56,232 bases of DNA, taken from Candidatus Hydrogenedentota bacterium. GTDB lineage: Bacteria > Hydrogenedentota > Hydrogenedentia > Hydrogenedentales > SLHB01. Location: the NCBI GenBank assembly GCA_034408725.1, contig JAWXCN010000051.1:1-56232 (forward strand). The letters are read 5' to 3'. The notes under the pieces are model-generated. The model did no database searches. It was not told the origin of the DNA and was given only the letters and a program-made list of their open reading frames with translations. Each line of letters starts with the position of its first letter. Positions within the stretch are counted from its first letter, which is position 1. Positions 30,075 through 39,415 of the stretch are shown here, piece by piece. The translations under genes were made by a program, and so were the position numbers.

Positions 30075-31438
30075 CCCTTGCCTCCCATCAATCGGCGCGC
30101 GATGGTCTTGCCTTCCTCGATGCCGGGCTGATCAAAGGTGTTCACGTTGTACAGCCTGCCCGCCATCGCGGTCTCCGCTTCGAGCATGTACAACAGTTGC
30201 GCGACGGTATGCTCATTCACACGAGACATCGTGATGCGCGATACCGGACGCTTGCTCAGTTTCAGCGCATCGACTGTACCCTGCAGTTCCGCGGCCATGA
30301 GCTTGTTCATGGTCTTGCCGCGCAGGTAGTCGAGATCCGTGAGGAACTTCAACGCATTCGGTATCTTGAGCGACGAATCGAAGCGGCCCACTTCAATCAC
30401 GTTGATCAGCTTGTTGTTGGGCCCTTCCCGGTACAATTGAATCTGGCTGTGCTGATCTGTCGCGCCGAGGGCCTTGATCGGCGTCTGGCCCGTGTATGCT
30501 TCTCCGCCATCGAGATTCGCTTTCTTACCGAGGCTCTCCGCCCACAGTTGGCAGTACCAGTCAGCGACGTCGCGCAATGCATCAGAGTACGGCATCATCA
30601 CCGACATGACCTTGCCTTTTCGCGTATCGGCAAGGTATTGCACCGCCGCGCGCAGGTACGCGGGATTCTCCCGCAGGTCTCCTTTGGCGCATCGGGTGTC
30701 CATCGCCGCACATCCATCGAACAGTGCGTCAAGGTCCATACCCAGCATCGCGGCGGGAAACAGGCCAACGGCTGAAAACACGGAAAACCGCCCACCGACA
30801 TTGACGGGCATGTCGAAACTCTTTAGCGAATACTCGTCCGCTACTGGATGCAGCAGGCTCGCCGACGCGCCCTGTCCGCGCGAATTCGAGGTGACGACGA
30901 CATGGTCTTTCACTGCGTCCTTGCCGAGTTTCCGTTCGATGACATCGACGACGATCATCAACTGGCTCATCGTCTCCGCGGTATTGCCGGATTTCGAGAT
31001 GACGTTGTAGAGCGTCTTTTGCGGGGGGCACAGCTTAATCATCTTTTTGAACGAATCGGGATCGATATTGTCCATCACGAAGATGCGCGGACAGCCGCCC
31101 CGGCCGCGTTTGGTTTGCAGATTGTAGAACTTCGAGCGAAGCGCGGTGACTAACGCGGTTGTGCCCAGCGCCGACCCGCCGATACCGAGAATGACAAGAT
31201 TCTCGTAACCGCGCTTGAGGAAACTTTCGGCGCTCTGTTTCACTTCCGCGAGCGTCTTGTGATCCTCGTGCAGGCTCCAAAAGCCATAAACACCGTCCGC
31301 GCGTTCCTTGCGCAGAATCGCGTGCGCCTCGGCGATGCGCGGTTCTATCTCGTTCAATTCCGCCTTGGTGATGCCATGCTCTTCACCCACTGCGTCAGAC
31401 ATGGCGCGCGACACATCGATCTTGATGTCCAAACTCAT
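30071..31438 (-). CDS. pgi: Glucose-6-phosphate isomerase
   Basis: GIGGSALG, ISKSGNTAET, VGGRFSV, QLWAESLGK, DQHSQ, FDQPGIEEGK. Confidence 0.96.
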   Translation of the reverse strand: MSLDIKIDVSRAMSDAVGEEHGITKAELNEIEPRIAEAHAILRKERADGVYGFWSLHEDHKTLAEVKQSAESFLKRGYENLVILGIGGSALGTTALVTALRSKFYNLQTKRGRGGCPRIFVMDNIDPDSFKKMIKLCPPQKTLYNVISKSGNTAETMSQLMIVVDVIERKLGKDAVKDHVVVTSNSRGQGASASLLHPVADEYSLKSFDMPVNVGGRFSVFSAVGLFPAAMLGMDLDALFDGCAAMDTRCAKGDLRENPAYLRAAVQYLADTRKGKVMSVMMPYSDALRDVADWYCQLWAESLGKKANLDGGEAYTGQTPIKALGATDQHSQIQLYREGPNNKLINVIEVGRFDSSLKIPNALKFLTDLDYLRGKTMNKLMAAELQGTVDALKLSKRPVSRITMSRVNEHTVAQLLYMLEAETAMAGRLYNVNTFDQPGIEEGKTIARRLMGGKG

Positions 31439-31439
31439 G

Positions 31440-34013
31440 CTAAACCCCTGTTCTATCGAAAAACTTTTGCAACGCCATGTATACACCTTGGCTGGGACCC
31501 GACACCACTCGGACGCCTGGCAGCGACTCGATAAACACCTTTCCATAGTGCTTGGTCAAAACGCGTCGATCAAGAACCACAATTGCGCCGCGATCGGTCT
31601 TGCGGCGAATAAGTCGGCCAAACCCTTGCCGGAATTTAATCACGGCCTGCGGCACGGTGTAATCCATAAATGGGTTGCCGCCTGCCTCCTCGATCGCCTC
31701 GGACCGCGCCTGGAGAATCGGCTCAGTGGGAACGCGAAACGGCAGCTTGGTGAGGATTACGCATTGCAGGGCGTCGCCCGGAACATCCACGCCCTCCCAG
31801 AAGCTGTCGGTCGCAAACAATACACTGGCCGTGTCACTACGGAATTGATCCAGCAACCGCGTGCGTGCCGCGGTTCCCTGCTTCAACGGCGTTATCCCCG
31901 CCGCCTTCAATTCCTGTTCCAGCCGCCGGTGCGCATAGTCGAGCGCGTAAAACGAAGTGAACAACACAAACGCGTGTCCGCGCGTAATCTTCAATATCTC
32001 TCGAATGTTCTTTACCGTGTCGTCGTTAAACGCGCGATCATCCGGCGCGACGATATCCGTTGGAATGCACAACAACGCCTGCTTGGCGAAATCAAACGGC
32101 GAATCAATCGCGCGTCCTTCCGGGTTTCGCTCTGGAACGCGATCGAGTCCAACGCGCCGGTTAAAGTAATCGAACTTCTTGCGCACGCTCAGCGTCGCGG
32201 ACGTCATGACCAAGGTGCGCAGATTGGCGTAGACCCAATCCGCCAGCGGTTCGGCAATCTCCAAGGGACACCGGACAATACGCACGATGTTCGGGTTGTC
32301 GGTTTCGATCTCGATCCACCGCACGGTATTTTCCGCGAGGGTTTCACTCGTGCCTTCGGCCAACGTGTTCGCAAGTCGCGTAAGCCTGTCGCGGTAGGCT
32401 TCCAACTGGTATAGCTCTGTGAGAAAGGGCGGCTCGCTGATCGCGTCAGCGGCCGTAGCCTTTTTCAGGAGTTCTAACAGCGCAGTCGCCGCCGCCGCGC
32501 ATTTCACTACTTCTTCCACTGCGGGCAGCACGTATACCGCGTGAATCTCGCGCAGGTCTTCGTCGTGCAATGCCGCCTGCGTAAGACGCCACTTGATCTC
32601 GCGGCCAAGCTGTCCGCACCGCTCGCTGGTGAGATGTCGAAGCGCATCAAATGCCGCCGTCAACATCTCCCGCGCCGCAGCCAGCGCGGGCTGAAGCTGG
32701 TTGTCGATGCCGTCAAGAATTTTTTCAATTTCCGGCATCGTCAGGCTACTTTTATCTTTGATCAAACGCGCCGCAAGATACGGCAGCAGGCCGCGTTCGC
32801 GCCCGCGATCGATGCGGATGAACCGGCCAATCAACGCCAACGCGCCGGACCGCGTCGCCTCCGCGCCGAAATACTCCGTCGCTGAATCCTCGACGCTATG
32901 CGCTTCATCTATGATGGCCCGGCGATACGACGGCAACACCGCCAGCGCGGAAAAATTGCCAAGTTCGCGCTTGATCGCGAGATCGGAAAACAGCATGTGG
33001 TGGTTCACCACAATGATGTCCGCTTTCGCGACGTCGCGGCGCGCCTTGCCCAGAAAACAGCGTTTGGGGTTCGGACAGTTCGACAGCCGGCAGGAATCCG
33101 CCTCGGAACAACAACTCCCCCATACTTCCCTTGGAGGCACAAACGGCAGATCGGAAAGACTGCCGTCCTCAGTCTTCTCCGCCCACTCGGCAATGGCACG
33201 TAAAGCATTCTGTTCGGCCGCGTCATCGTACAAAGTTGCTTCGGATAGCGCGCGATTCAGGCGTCTCCAGCAGAGATAGTTGTTGCGCCCCTTGACCAGC
33301 ACCGCGTTAAATTCCGTGCCGAGCGCGCGCCGCAGTACCGGCACGTCCTTGTGAATAATCTGTTCCTGCAAGTTGATCGTCTTGGTGGAAACGACCACGC
33401 GCTCTTTGTTCGCAACCGCCCACGAGATCGCAGGAAGCAGATATGCAAAGGTCTTACCCACGCCCGTCGGCGCTTCCACGACGGCAATTCCGTCGGTGTT
33501 GAACGCGTCCGCGACCGCTTCCATCATCTCTTCTTGTTGTGGCCGCACCTCGAACTGCGGCACCACGCGCGACAACGGACCGTCCGGCGCAAGATCGCGC
33601 ACCAGCTTCTGCACATCAACTTTTTTAGCGGCGTCCTGAATGAACGGTTCAACGACGACATATACCCGCTGGACCGCGTTGTCCACGATGTACACGCCGT
33701 GCCCGTGAAACCCGTATATGCTCGCAAGCTGCACGTCCGCTTCCGACGGCGCAATGTTTCCGGAGGGATGGTTGTGGATCATCACCTCCCCGATTGTCAG
33801 CCCCTCGAAAATCGCCGGGACCGCGCCCTCATGTCCCCGCGCCAACACGCGAACCTTCGCGACAATCGCATCGGAGTTCAGCGTGCCCGCAAAAAACACC
33901 TCGCGACCACCGACTTCCTGAATCGCCTCGATAATCGATTGAACGGCCGTGACAGTGAAGCGCTTCTTCGCGTCCTGCCCCAATGGCGTATCAATTTTCG
34001 GTTGGTTGGACAT
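31440..34013 (-). CDS. DinG/YoaA-family helicase with N-terminal JAB/MPN domain
   Basis: HNHPSGNIAPSEAD JAB motif; EAPTGVGKT, KGRNNYLC, Cys cluster, DEAH, SAT, QGFGRLIR. Confidence 0.93.
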   Translation of the reverse strand: MSNQPKIDTPLGQDAKKRFTVTAVQSIIEAIQEVGGREVFFAGTLNSDAIVAKVRVLARGHEGAVPAIFEGLTIGEVMIHNHPSGNIAPSEADVQLASIYGFHGHGVYIVDNAVQRVYVVVEPFIQDAAKKVDVQKLVRDLAPDGPLSRVVPQFEVRPQQEEMMEAVADAFNTDGIAVVEAPTGVGKTFAYLLPAISWAVANKERVVVSTKTINLQEQIIHKDVPVLRRALGTEFNAVLVKGRNNYLCWRRLNRALSEATLYDDAAEQNALRAIAEWAEKTEDGSLSDLPFVPPREVWGSCCSEADSCRLSNCPNPKRCFLGKARRDVAKADIIVVNHHMLFSDLAIKRELGNFSALAVLPSYRRAIIDEAHSVEDSATEYFGAEATRSGALALIGRFIRIDRGRERGLLPYLAARLIKDKSSLTMPEIEKILDGIDNQLQPALAAAREMLTAAFDALRHLTSERCGQLGREIKWRLTQAALHDEDLREIHAVYVLPAVEEVVKCAAAATALLELLKKATAADAISEPPFLTELYQLEAYRDRLTRLANTLAEGTSETLAENTVRWIEIETDNPNIVRIVRCPLEIAEPLADWVYANLRTLVMTSATLSVRKKFDYFNRRVGLDRVPERNPEGRAIDSPFDFAKQALLCIPTDIVAPDDRAFNDDTVKNIREILKITRGHAFVLFTSFYALDYAHRRLEQELKAAGITPLKQGTAARTRLLDQFRSDTASVLFATDSFWEGVDVPGDALQCVILTKLPFRVPTEPILQARSEAIEEAGGNPFMDYTVPQAVIKFRQGFGRLIRRKTDRGAIVVLDRRVLTKHYGKVFIESLPGVRVVSGPSQGVYMALQKFFDRTGV

Positions 34014-34060
34014 AATGCGCCCTATCGTACCCTCTCGCGGGGCTGGAGTGAAATGGGTTA
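34008..34060. repeat. Copy 1 of a 53-bp duplicated divergent promoter segment
   Basis: 46 of 53 positions match 35552-35603 by manual alignment. Confidence 0.85.
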
Positions 34061-34100
34061 AAATTGCTTTGCGGAAAGAAGGAAGGGACATTTTCGCTCT

Positions 34101-35363
34101 GTGAAACGCTTCTCAAAGACCCGCTGGTTTGGGACATTCCTGAGCATCTGCGCCGTAGCGCTGATTGGGTGGATCACTTTGTATGGCGTTGGAGCAATGC
34201 TTATACGCGGCGCTCAGACGCATCTCGAAGGTTATACGAAGGAACACGTTTCCGATCCGAATCGAACCGTTTCGCTTCCGGCGTTCGAAGTATTTGTCAA
34301 AGACGCCGAGAAAATAAGAAAATTGGACGAATTTTCCTTTGACCCCCGGCTGCAAATCTACTGGGATGATCGCGGACGGTCTATTTCGTCTTGGTCTTCC
34401 GATGAGTTGGGCGCCGCTAGAGCGTGTCTCTCCGACCATGCCGATATACTCGCCGAGATTGAACGGCTAGCGAACGAATTCGAACAACTCCCTGAGCAGC
34501 GGTTGCAATTTGACAGGCCGCTGAAGACAGCAAGGAACTACAGCCACCTTGTGTACATGCTAGAGTTCCTCACGGATTGGCAAGTTTTTGAAGGTAATTT
34601 GGCGTTGGCGGAAGACTACATTCTGCTTATCTTTGCTGTGGCTACGCGCATGGACGAAATCAATTTCATGTCGGGATCGATTGGATGCAGAAAGGCATTT
34701 AATACATTGGGTGCGTATTTGCAAACCACCGAGCCCTCCCCGGAATTTCTGCCAAAGTTAGAATCGGCTTTGAAGCGATTTCCGGATCAGATGGAAGGAT
34801 TACCCGAATTTTTGCGCGCCAGTTTGGTGACGGAGAATTCCGATACCGCTGGCTATGGGAGCATCTTCTGGAATGGGGCGCTAGCGGGACTTCCTGAAGT
34901 CGTTTATGATTCGCCTGTGGGATTACCAGCTCGACAAATTGACCAGGCCTTAGCAATGCGTTCCTCTTTGGCTTTTGTGAGAGAGATTGAAAAGGCGCCG
35001 TTAGAAACATGGCGTTTTACGAAACAACGCAAGCAGTCGGGACGAACGCCTTTTGGGCTTCCACAGATGGAAATGAGTAGCTATGGCATTCTGGCGTATG
35101 CAGAAACTGCCATAGAGACTCAAGCGCGAATTAACATCTTGTTGACCGTAATTGAGATCGAAAAGTTTAAAGAGATTTACAATCGATATCCGGCGACGAT
35201 TGATGAACTTCCTAACACCCTACCCAAAGACCCATTTTCTAACGAACCGCTGATTTATTCTTCGTCGTCATTGCTGCTGTATTCGCGGGGCAAGAACTGT
35301 GTTGACGATCACGGGAAAGAGGATGACATTAGATGGCGTGGGTTTCGGGAGGATAATAAGTGA
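34101..35363 (+). CDS. Membrane-anchored hypothetical protein, paralog 1
   Basis: N-terminal TM; C-terminal YP..L..LP.DPFS..LLYSRG.NCVDDHG tail reminiscent of GspG-like C-termini. Confidence 0.8.
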   Translation: MKRFSKTRWFGTFLSICAVALIGWITLYGVGAMLIRGAQTHLEGYTKEHVSDPNRTVSLPAFEVFVKDAEKIRKLDEFSFDPRLQIYWDDRGRSISSWSSDELGAARACLSDHADILAEIERLANEFEQLPEQRLQFDRPLKTARNYSHLVYMLEFLTDWQVFEGNLALAEDYILLIFAVATRMDEINFMSGSIGCRKAFNTLGAYLQTTEPSPEFLPKLESALKRFPDQMEGLPEFLRASLVTENSDTAGYGSIFWNGALAGLPEVVYDSPVGLPARQIDQALAMRSSLAFVREIEKAPLETWRFTKQRKQSGRTPFGLPQMEMSSYGILAYAETAIETQARINILLTVIEIEKFKEIYNRYPATIDELPNTLPKDPFSNEPLIYSSSSLLLYSRGKNCVDDHGKEDDIRWRGFREDNK

Positions 35364-35381
35364 GTGGACTGTCGTTTCGGG

Positions 35382-35548
35382 GTGACGCGCCGGGAGTTCG
35401 GCCACAGCGGATGAGGGCGGCGGTAGCGATGGGGGCGGTGCGAGTTTACGAAGCTCGATTACGATGACGAGCACGAGTACGAGCACGAATGGAACTATGG
35501 AGACCTGGCGGTCGTTGGGAGTGGCGCGGTCGGGAGACCGGCCACAGC
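35382..35548. repeat. Mixed intergenic repeat cluster
   Basis: Direct pair gtgacgcgccgggagttcggccacagc / gtggcgcggtcgggagaccggccacagc enclosing cgattacgatgacgagcacgagtacgagcacgaa. Confidence 0.7.
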
Positions 35549-35551
35549 AGA

Positions 35552-35603
35552 GGACATTTGCACCTTATCGTACCTTCTCGCGGGTGTGGAGTGAAATGGG
35601 TTA
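35552..35603. repeat. Copy 2 of the duplicated promoter segment
   Basis: Near-identical to 34008-34060. Confidence 0.85.
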
Positions 35604-35613
35604 TTATTAACCA

Positions 35614-35838
35614 ATGCAATGCGCAACGTGCGACGGCGAGACTAAGACCAAGCTGGTGACGCGACAGCACTGGTTCGATCAAAGGCTATACATCGTCGAA
35701 CATGTTATAGCAAATGTCTGCACCAACTGCGGCGAACGGTATTTTGACGCTGAAACCCTGGATCAGATTGACGCCTTTCTACAATCGGACCACGAAGTCA
35801 AGAGGAAATTGAGTGTCGAGGTTGTCAGTTTACCGTAG
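35614..35838 (+). CDS. YgiT/MqsA-type zinc finger protein
   Basis: MQCATC...LYIVEHVIANVCTNCGERYFD pattern; no HTH. Confidence 0.88.
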   Translation: MQCATCDGETKTKLVTRQHWFDQRLYIVEHVIANVCTNCGERYFDAETLDQIDAFLQSDHEVKRKLSVEVVSLP

Positions 35839-35879
35839 GTTATTCGGGGAGTCGTCTCGATTCGACGGAGACTAGTTTT

Positions 35880-37136
35880 ATATTTCAAGAACACCGCAAA
35901 TACCGTTGGCTCGGCGCACTTCTGAGCATCTGTGCCATTCCGCTTATCGCGTGGGTGGTTAGCCTTGGCATAGGCGAAATACTCGTACGGCGTGCTCAGG
36001 CTCGCGTTCAAAACGCAACACTTCCAACCGACCCTAATGCAATCACCCCGCCTCCCCTCCCATTTGAAGAATTTGTGAATGATGCTGAGAAGGCCAAGAA
36101 ACTCGCCAATTTTCTTGACGACCCCCGGTGGAATTTCTACGTGACCGATATTTCCGAGCGGCCCGTTGCTGCCTGGAAACTGGAAGAGTTGACCGACGTC
36201 AAAGCGTGCATTTCGGACCATAGGGATATCATCGCGGAAATTGATGGACTCGCAGCAAATCTTCAATCACTTCCCGAACAACGATTGCAACTCGACCTAA
36301 CGAAGCGAAACGGGAAGTCGACCGCCCTGCTTCACGCGCTTGCTTACTTAAAAAACTTACGTGTGCATGATGGGCAGTACGAATTGGCGGAAGATTACGT
36401 CCTTCTGCTTTCCACCATGACCGCGCGCATGAGCGAAACCGATTTGTTATCAGGTTCCATTGGATGCCGTTATGCATTCCAAGCAGCGGGCGATTATCTC
36501 CACACCAATGAGCCCTCTCCGAATTTCCCGCCAAGACTCAAATTCGCAGTAGAACGAATTCCGGAACTCGTAAATGCGCTACCGGAATATATGCGCCTCT
36601 TATTGTCGCGTCAGAAGCTTAATACGAAAGGACTAGGGCATGCAGCGTGGAATGGGGCGCTCTTGGGAATCCCCGAAGTCGCCTATGATTCACCTTTAGG
36701 GTTACCAGTTCGGAGGATTGATAGGGCAATGTCGATAAATTCCTACTTGGCAACAATCGAACAAATTGAAAAATCGCCGATAGATACGGGGCAAATTTTG
36801 AACAAACTTGATTCGGCGCGAACAATATTAACTCTTCCTGCGATGCAGGTGAGTCGCCTTGACGCACGGATTGAAGCCCAAATAATCTTGCAGTCTCAGG
36901 CGCGAATAAACCTGCTATTGACTGCAATCGAAATGGAGGCGTTTCGGCAATTCCACAATCGATACCCGGCGTCGCTCAATGAACTCCAGACTCTCTTGCC
37001 CAATGATCCATTTTCCAACGAACCTCTCGTTTACTCCCTCTCGCCATTGTTGCTGTACTCCCGGGGGAACAACTGCGTCGACGACCACGGCAAAGAAGAT
37101 GATATTAAGTGGCGCGGATTTCGCGAGGAAACGTAA
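35880..37136 (+). CDS. Membrane-anchored hypothetical protein, paralog 2 (possible ATA start)
   Basis: Colinear with 34101-35363 (WNGAL.G.PEV.YDSP.GLP, QARIN.LLT.IE, NCVDDHGKEDDI.WRGFRE); similarity extends upstream of the first GTG at 35955. Confidence 0.78.
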   Translation: MFQEHRKYRWLGALLSICAIPLIAWVVSLGIGEILVRRAQARVQNATLPTDPNAITPPPLPFEEFVNDAEKAKKLANFLDDPRWNFYVTDISERPVAAWKLEELTDVKACISDHRDIIAEIDGLAANLQSLPEQRLQLDLTKRNGKSTALLHALAYLKNLRVHDGQYELAEDYVLLLSTMTARMSETDLLSGSIGCRYAFQAAGDYLHTNEPSPNFPPRLKFAVERIPELVNALPEYMRLLLSRQKLNTKGLGHAAWNGALLGIPEVAYDSPLGLPVRRIDRAMSINSYLATIEQIEKSPIDTGQILNKLDSARTILTLPAMQVSRLDARIEAQIILQSQARINLLLTAIEMEAFRQFHNRYPASLNELQTLLPNDPFSNEPLVYSLSPLLLYSRGNNCVDDHGKEDDIKWRGFREET

Positions 37137-37147
37137 TCCATTCCGCG

Positions 37148-37260
37148 TTCGCTCGCTCGTAATCGTAAATGATCGTCCGCAATAGTAGCGCCTCGTTTGC
37201 CAAACGCGGCGCGTGTCGGAGGGAGCGCGTTTGATTTACGATGACGAGCACGGACACGAA
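37148..37260. repeat. Inverted pair of gctcgtaatcg-family repeats between convergent genes
   Basis: gctcgtaatcgtaaat ... atttacgatgacgagc. Confidence 0.7.
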
Positions 37261-37466
37261 AATGCAAAGTGTAGACTGTGACATGCGCCCGATTGACATC
37301 GCCTTCAACCCGCTACGGCCATGCCCGAAGAAAATGAATTAGCGACAACTCTGATAGGGACTGATTTCGCGGATGCCTTTTCGAGAGTTTTGTAGATGTC
37401 GGTCATTTTTCTGCGGATGGGTGTGCTCGCTTTTTGCTGGTCTTCGGGGAGCAGAGAAGTGTCGTA

Positions 37467-38186
37467 CTAGGCGCGGTGGAGTTGCGCGTGGCGTTCGGGC
37501 ACGGAGAGTGCGCGGGGGGATTTGGGTTCGAGCAGTTTCAACGTGCGGCGGAGTTCGCTGGTGATCCGCATGAATGCGAGCAGGTACGGGCTCTCCTTGC
37601 GGTGGATTTTGTGGTAGTTGCCGGTGGTGGTGACGGCGTTGTCGATAAACGGGTTTTCTGCGATGGCGGCGGCGGCGCGCAGGAGCATGACCTGCAGCAT
37701 GGCGACGTGGTGCGCGGTGTGGCGGAGCGTGGCGTCGTCGTGCTGGTGCCGGTCGAGTTTTGAGAGGCTGTCAGTGAGCGCGGTGTTGTATTCGACGGTT
37801 TCGTAAGGACACCGCGGCCGGTCCGGCGGCGACAACTTCAACACCTCCGGGCCCGCGCAAGGACACGTCTTCCACATCGGGCATTGGTCGCCGCAGGCCT
37901 GGACGCAGCGGGAGTAGAGTCCGTGAATAACAGCGTTGCGGTTGCCGGGTTGTCCGCCGGTTAGGTCGAACCCGCCGTGGAATTTGCAGCGGCCGTTGTC
38001 GTGGTTCGGCGCAAGCGCGCACACGCCGCTGGACAGCGTGCGCGCGCCGCAGATGCGGGACTCGCGTTTTGTTTCTTCGGCTTCGACCAGTGCGATATGA
38101 GCGTCGTCCCATGCGGGTGAGCATGGGGTGCCGAGAGGGGTTTGCCGCGGGCCCGAATCAATCATTTCTTGTGTATCCATAGTCAT
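37467..38186 (-). CDS. HGGxSTG-like domain protein with Cys-rich region
   Basis: CGART..C..NGRCKFHGG, GGQPGNRNAVIHGLYS, then C..C...C.....C.C..CPYE. Confidence 0.8.
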   Translation of the reverse strand: MTMDTQEMIDSGPRQTPLGTPCSPAWDDAHIALVEAEETKRESRICGARTLSSGVCALAPNHDNGRCKFHGGFDLTGGQPGNRNAVIHGLYSRCVQACGDQCPMWKTCPCAGPEVLKLSPPDRPRCPYETVEYNTALTDSLSKLDRHQHDDATLRHTAHHVAMLQVMLLRAAAAIAENPFIDNAVTTTGNYHKIHRKESPYLLAFMRITSELRRTLKLLEPKSPRALSVPERHAQLHRA

Positions 38187-38517
38187 ACTAATAAATAGCC
38201 CAGGGCGTTGCACTGTTCAGATCCACGAAATGCTGTTTTTTTACGGTACTTGCTCACAGGTATAAAAGCTGCTATACATCTGCGTGAAACTATACCTGTG
38301 TTTACCGGTTGAACGAATCGAGGGAACAACTGACCGCTTGGTGTGCCGAACACCGAGCAGCCGGGTTACCGCTAAAGGGTGTCCCGAGAACTGGATTCAT
38401 TTTTAAATAAGAATGAATTGGGCGCAAATTTACAAAGGACGTTCCATCAAAAACTTTTGGTATTCATAATTTATGAGCACTTTTCAAAGCAGTCTAAACC
38501 TATATAGAGACTTTGTC

Positions 38518-39249
38518 ATGGCAACTGGCGGAACTCAAATATTCTGTCCTGGATGTAAATCATTCTCAGTATGTAAAGTAGTACCTTTATCCAGCCTCGA
38601 CAAACCAAAAGCACGAAGATGGTATCGGACAGATCACAAGGACATTGCATGGTTCCGAAGGGGACGAACATGCCTTAAGTGTAATCACACATTTTTATCT
38701 GCCGAAGTAGACGAGGCATTCATTGACGAACTGGTTGCTCTAAGGGACCGATTCATTGAGCAACAAAAGAGAACGGTGCAGAGTGTACGGAGAAGAGCCC
38801 GCTGGCTTGAACGTAACGAGACAATTCCTCGAGAATTAGCAGAAAGGTTTATTGAAGCTACTGCTTGGTGGTTAACGCATGCTTCTGGCTCAGCAGTTCG
38901 TGCACCGGGCCATGCCAAACGCATGTATAAATCACATCATGGATGGACAGTGGATTTCGGGGCGAATATGTTTCTTGTGGGTAAAGCGATAGAACGCTGT
39001 AAAGTTGCCATAAATGGCGCGTTAGATGAAATTTCAGAAGGACGCATCCCGCTAAAGTCAGACATCATCAATAGCCTGAAGACAGAGGTGAGTGGGGCGG
39101 TTGCAAATGCCAATGGTCATGAATACCAAGGCTATTATCCGATAGAAGATGAAGACTTGATATTCGGAGCCCAGTCCATCGATGTGTCAGACGCCGCAGA
39201 ATTCATGATTAACGAAACCTGTATCAACGACTTTCTTCGAAATGGATAA
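38518..39249 (+). CDS. Hypothetical protein with N-terminal NrdR-like zinc ribbon
   Basis: CPGC...FRRGRTCLKCNHTFLSAE; no ATP-cone recognised; AT-richer DNA. Confidence 0.75.
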   Translation: MATGGTQIFCPGCKSFSVCKVVPLSSLDKPKARRWYRTDHKDIAWFRRGRTCLKCNHTFLSAEVDEAFIDELVALRDRFIEQQKRTVQSVRRRARWLERNETIPRELAERFIEATAWWLTHASGSAVRAPGHAKRMYKSHHGWTVDFGANMFLVGKAIERCKVAINGALDEISEGRIPLKSDIINSLKTEVSGAVANANGHEYQGYYPIEDEDLIFGAQSIDVSDAAEFMINETCINDFLRNG

Positions 39250-39387
39250 ATTTGAACGATAATACGACGACATAATCTGCCAGTTAGACCCAAAAAATCA
39301 CCAGTAGGGGACTGTCCCAAAAATGCTCGCGGCTATATACGAACGCGGTGGGGCTATTCCCGAACCACGTCTTACTGAACGCGGACT

Positions 39388-39415
39388 GATGTAGCGCTGA
39401 ATTCCGATTCGGCGC
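39388..39415 (+). repeat. Left arm of 28-bp inverted repeat flanking the defence operon
   Basis: gatgtagcgctgaattccgattcggcgc; 26/28 match to the reverse complement of 43547-43574. Confidence 0.85.

Noticed and set aside
35382-35603. CRISPR array
   Set aside because: No regular repeat-spacer periodicity and no cas genes; the same applies to the other repeat clusters
38375-39325. IS-like ends gggtgtcccgagaa and ggggactgtcccaaaa around the zinc-ribbon gene
   Set aside because: Short, same orientation, no target duplication or transposase evident
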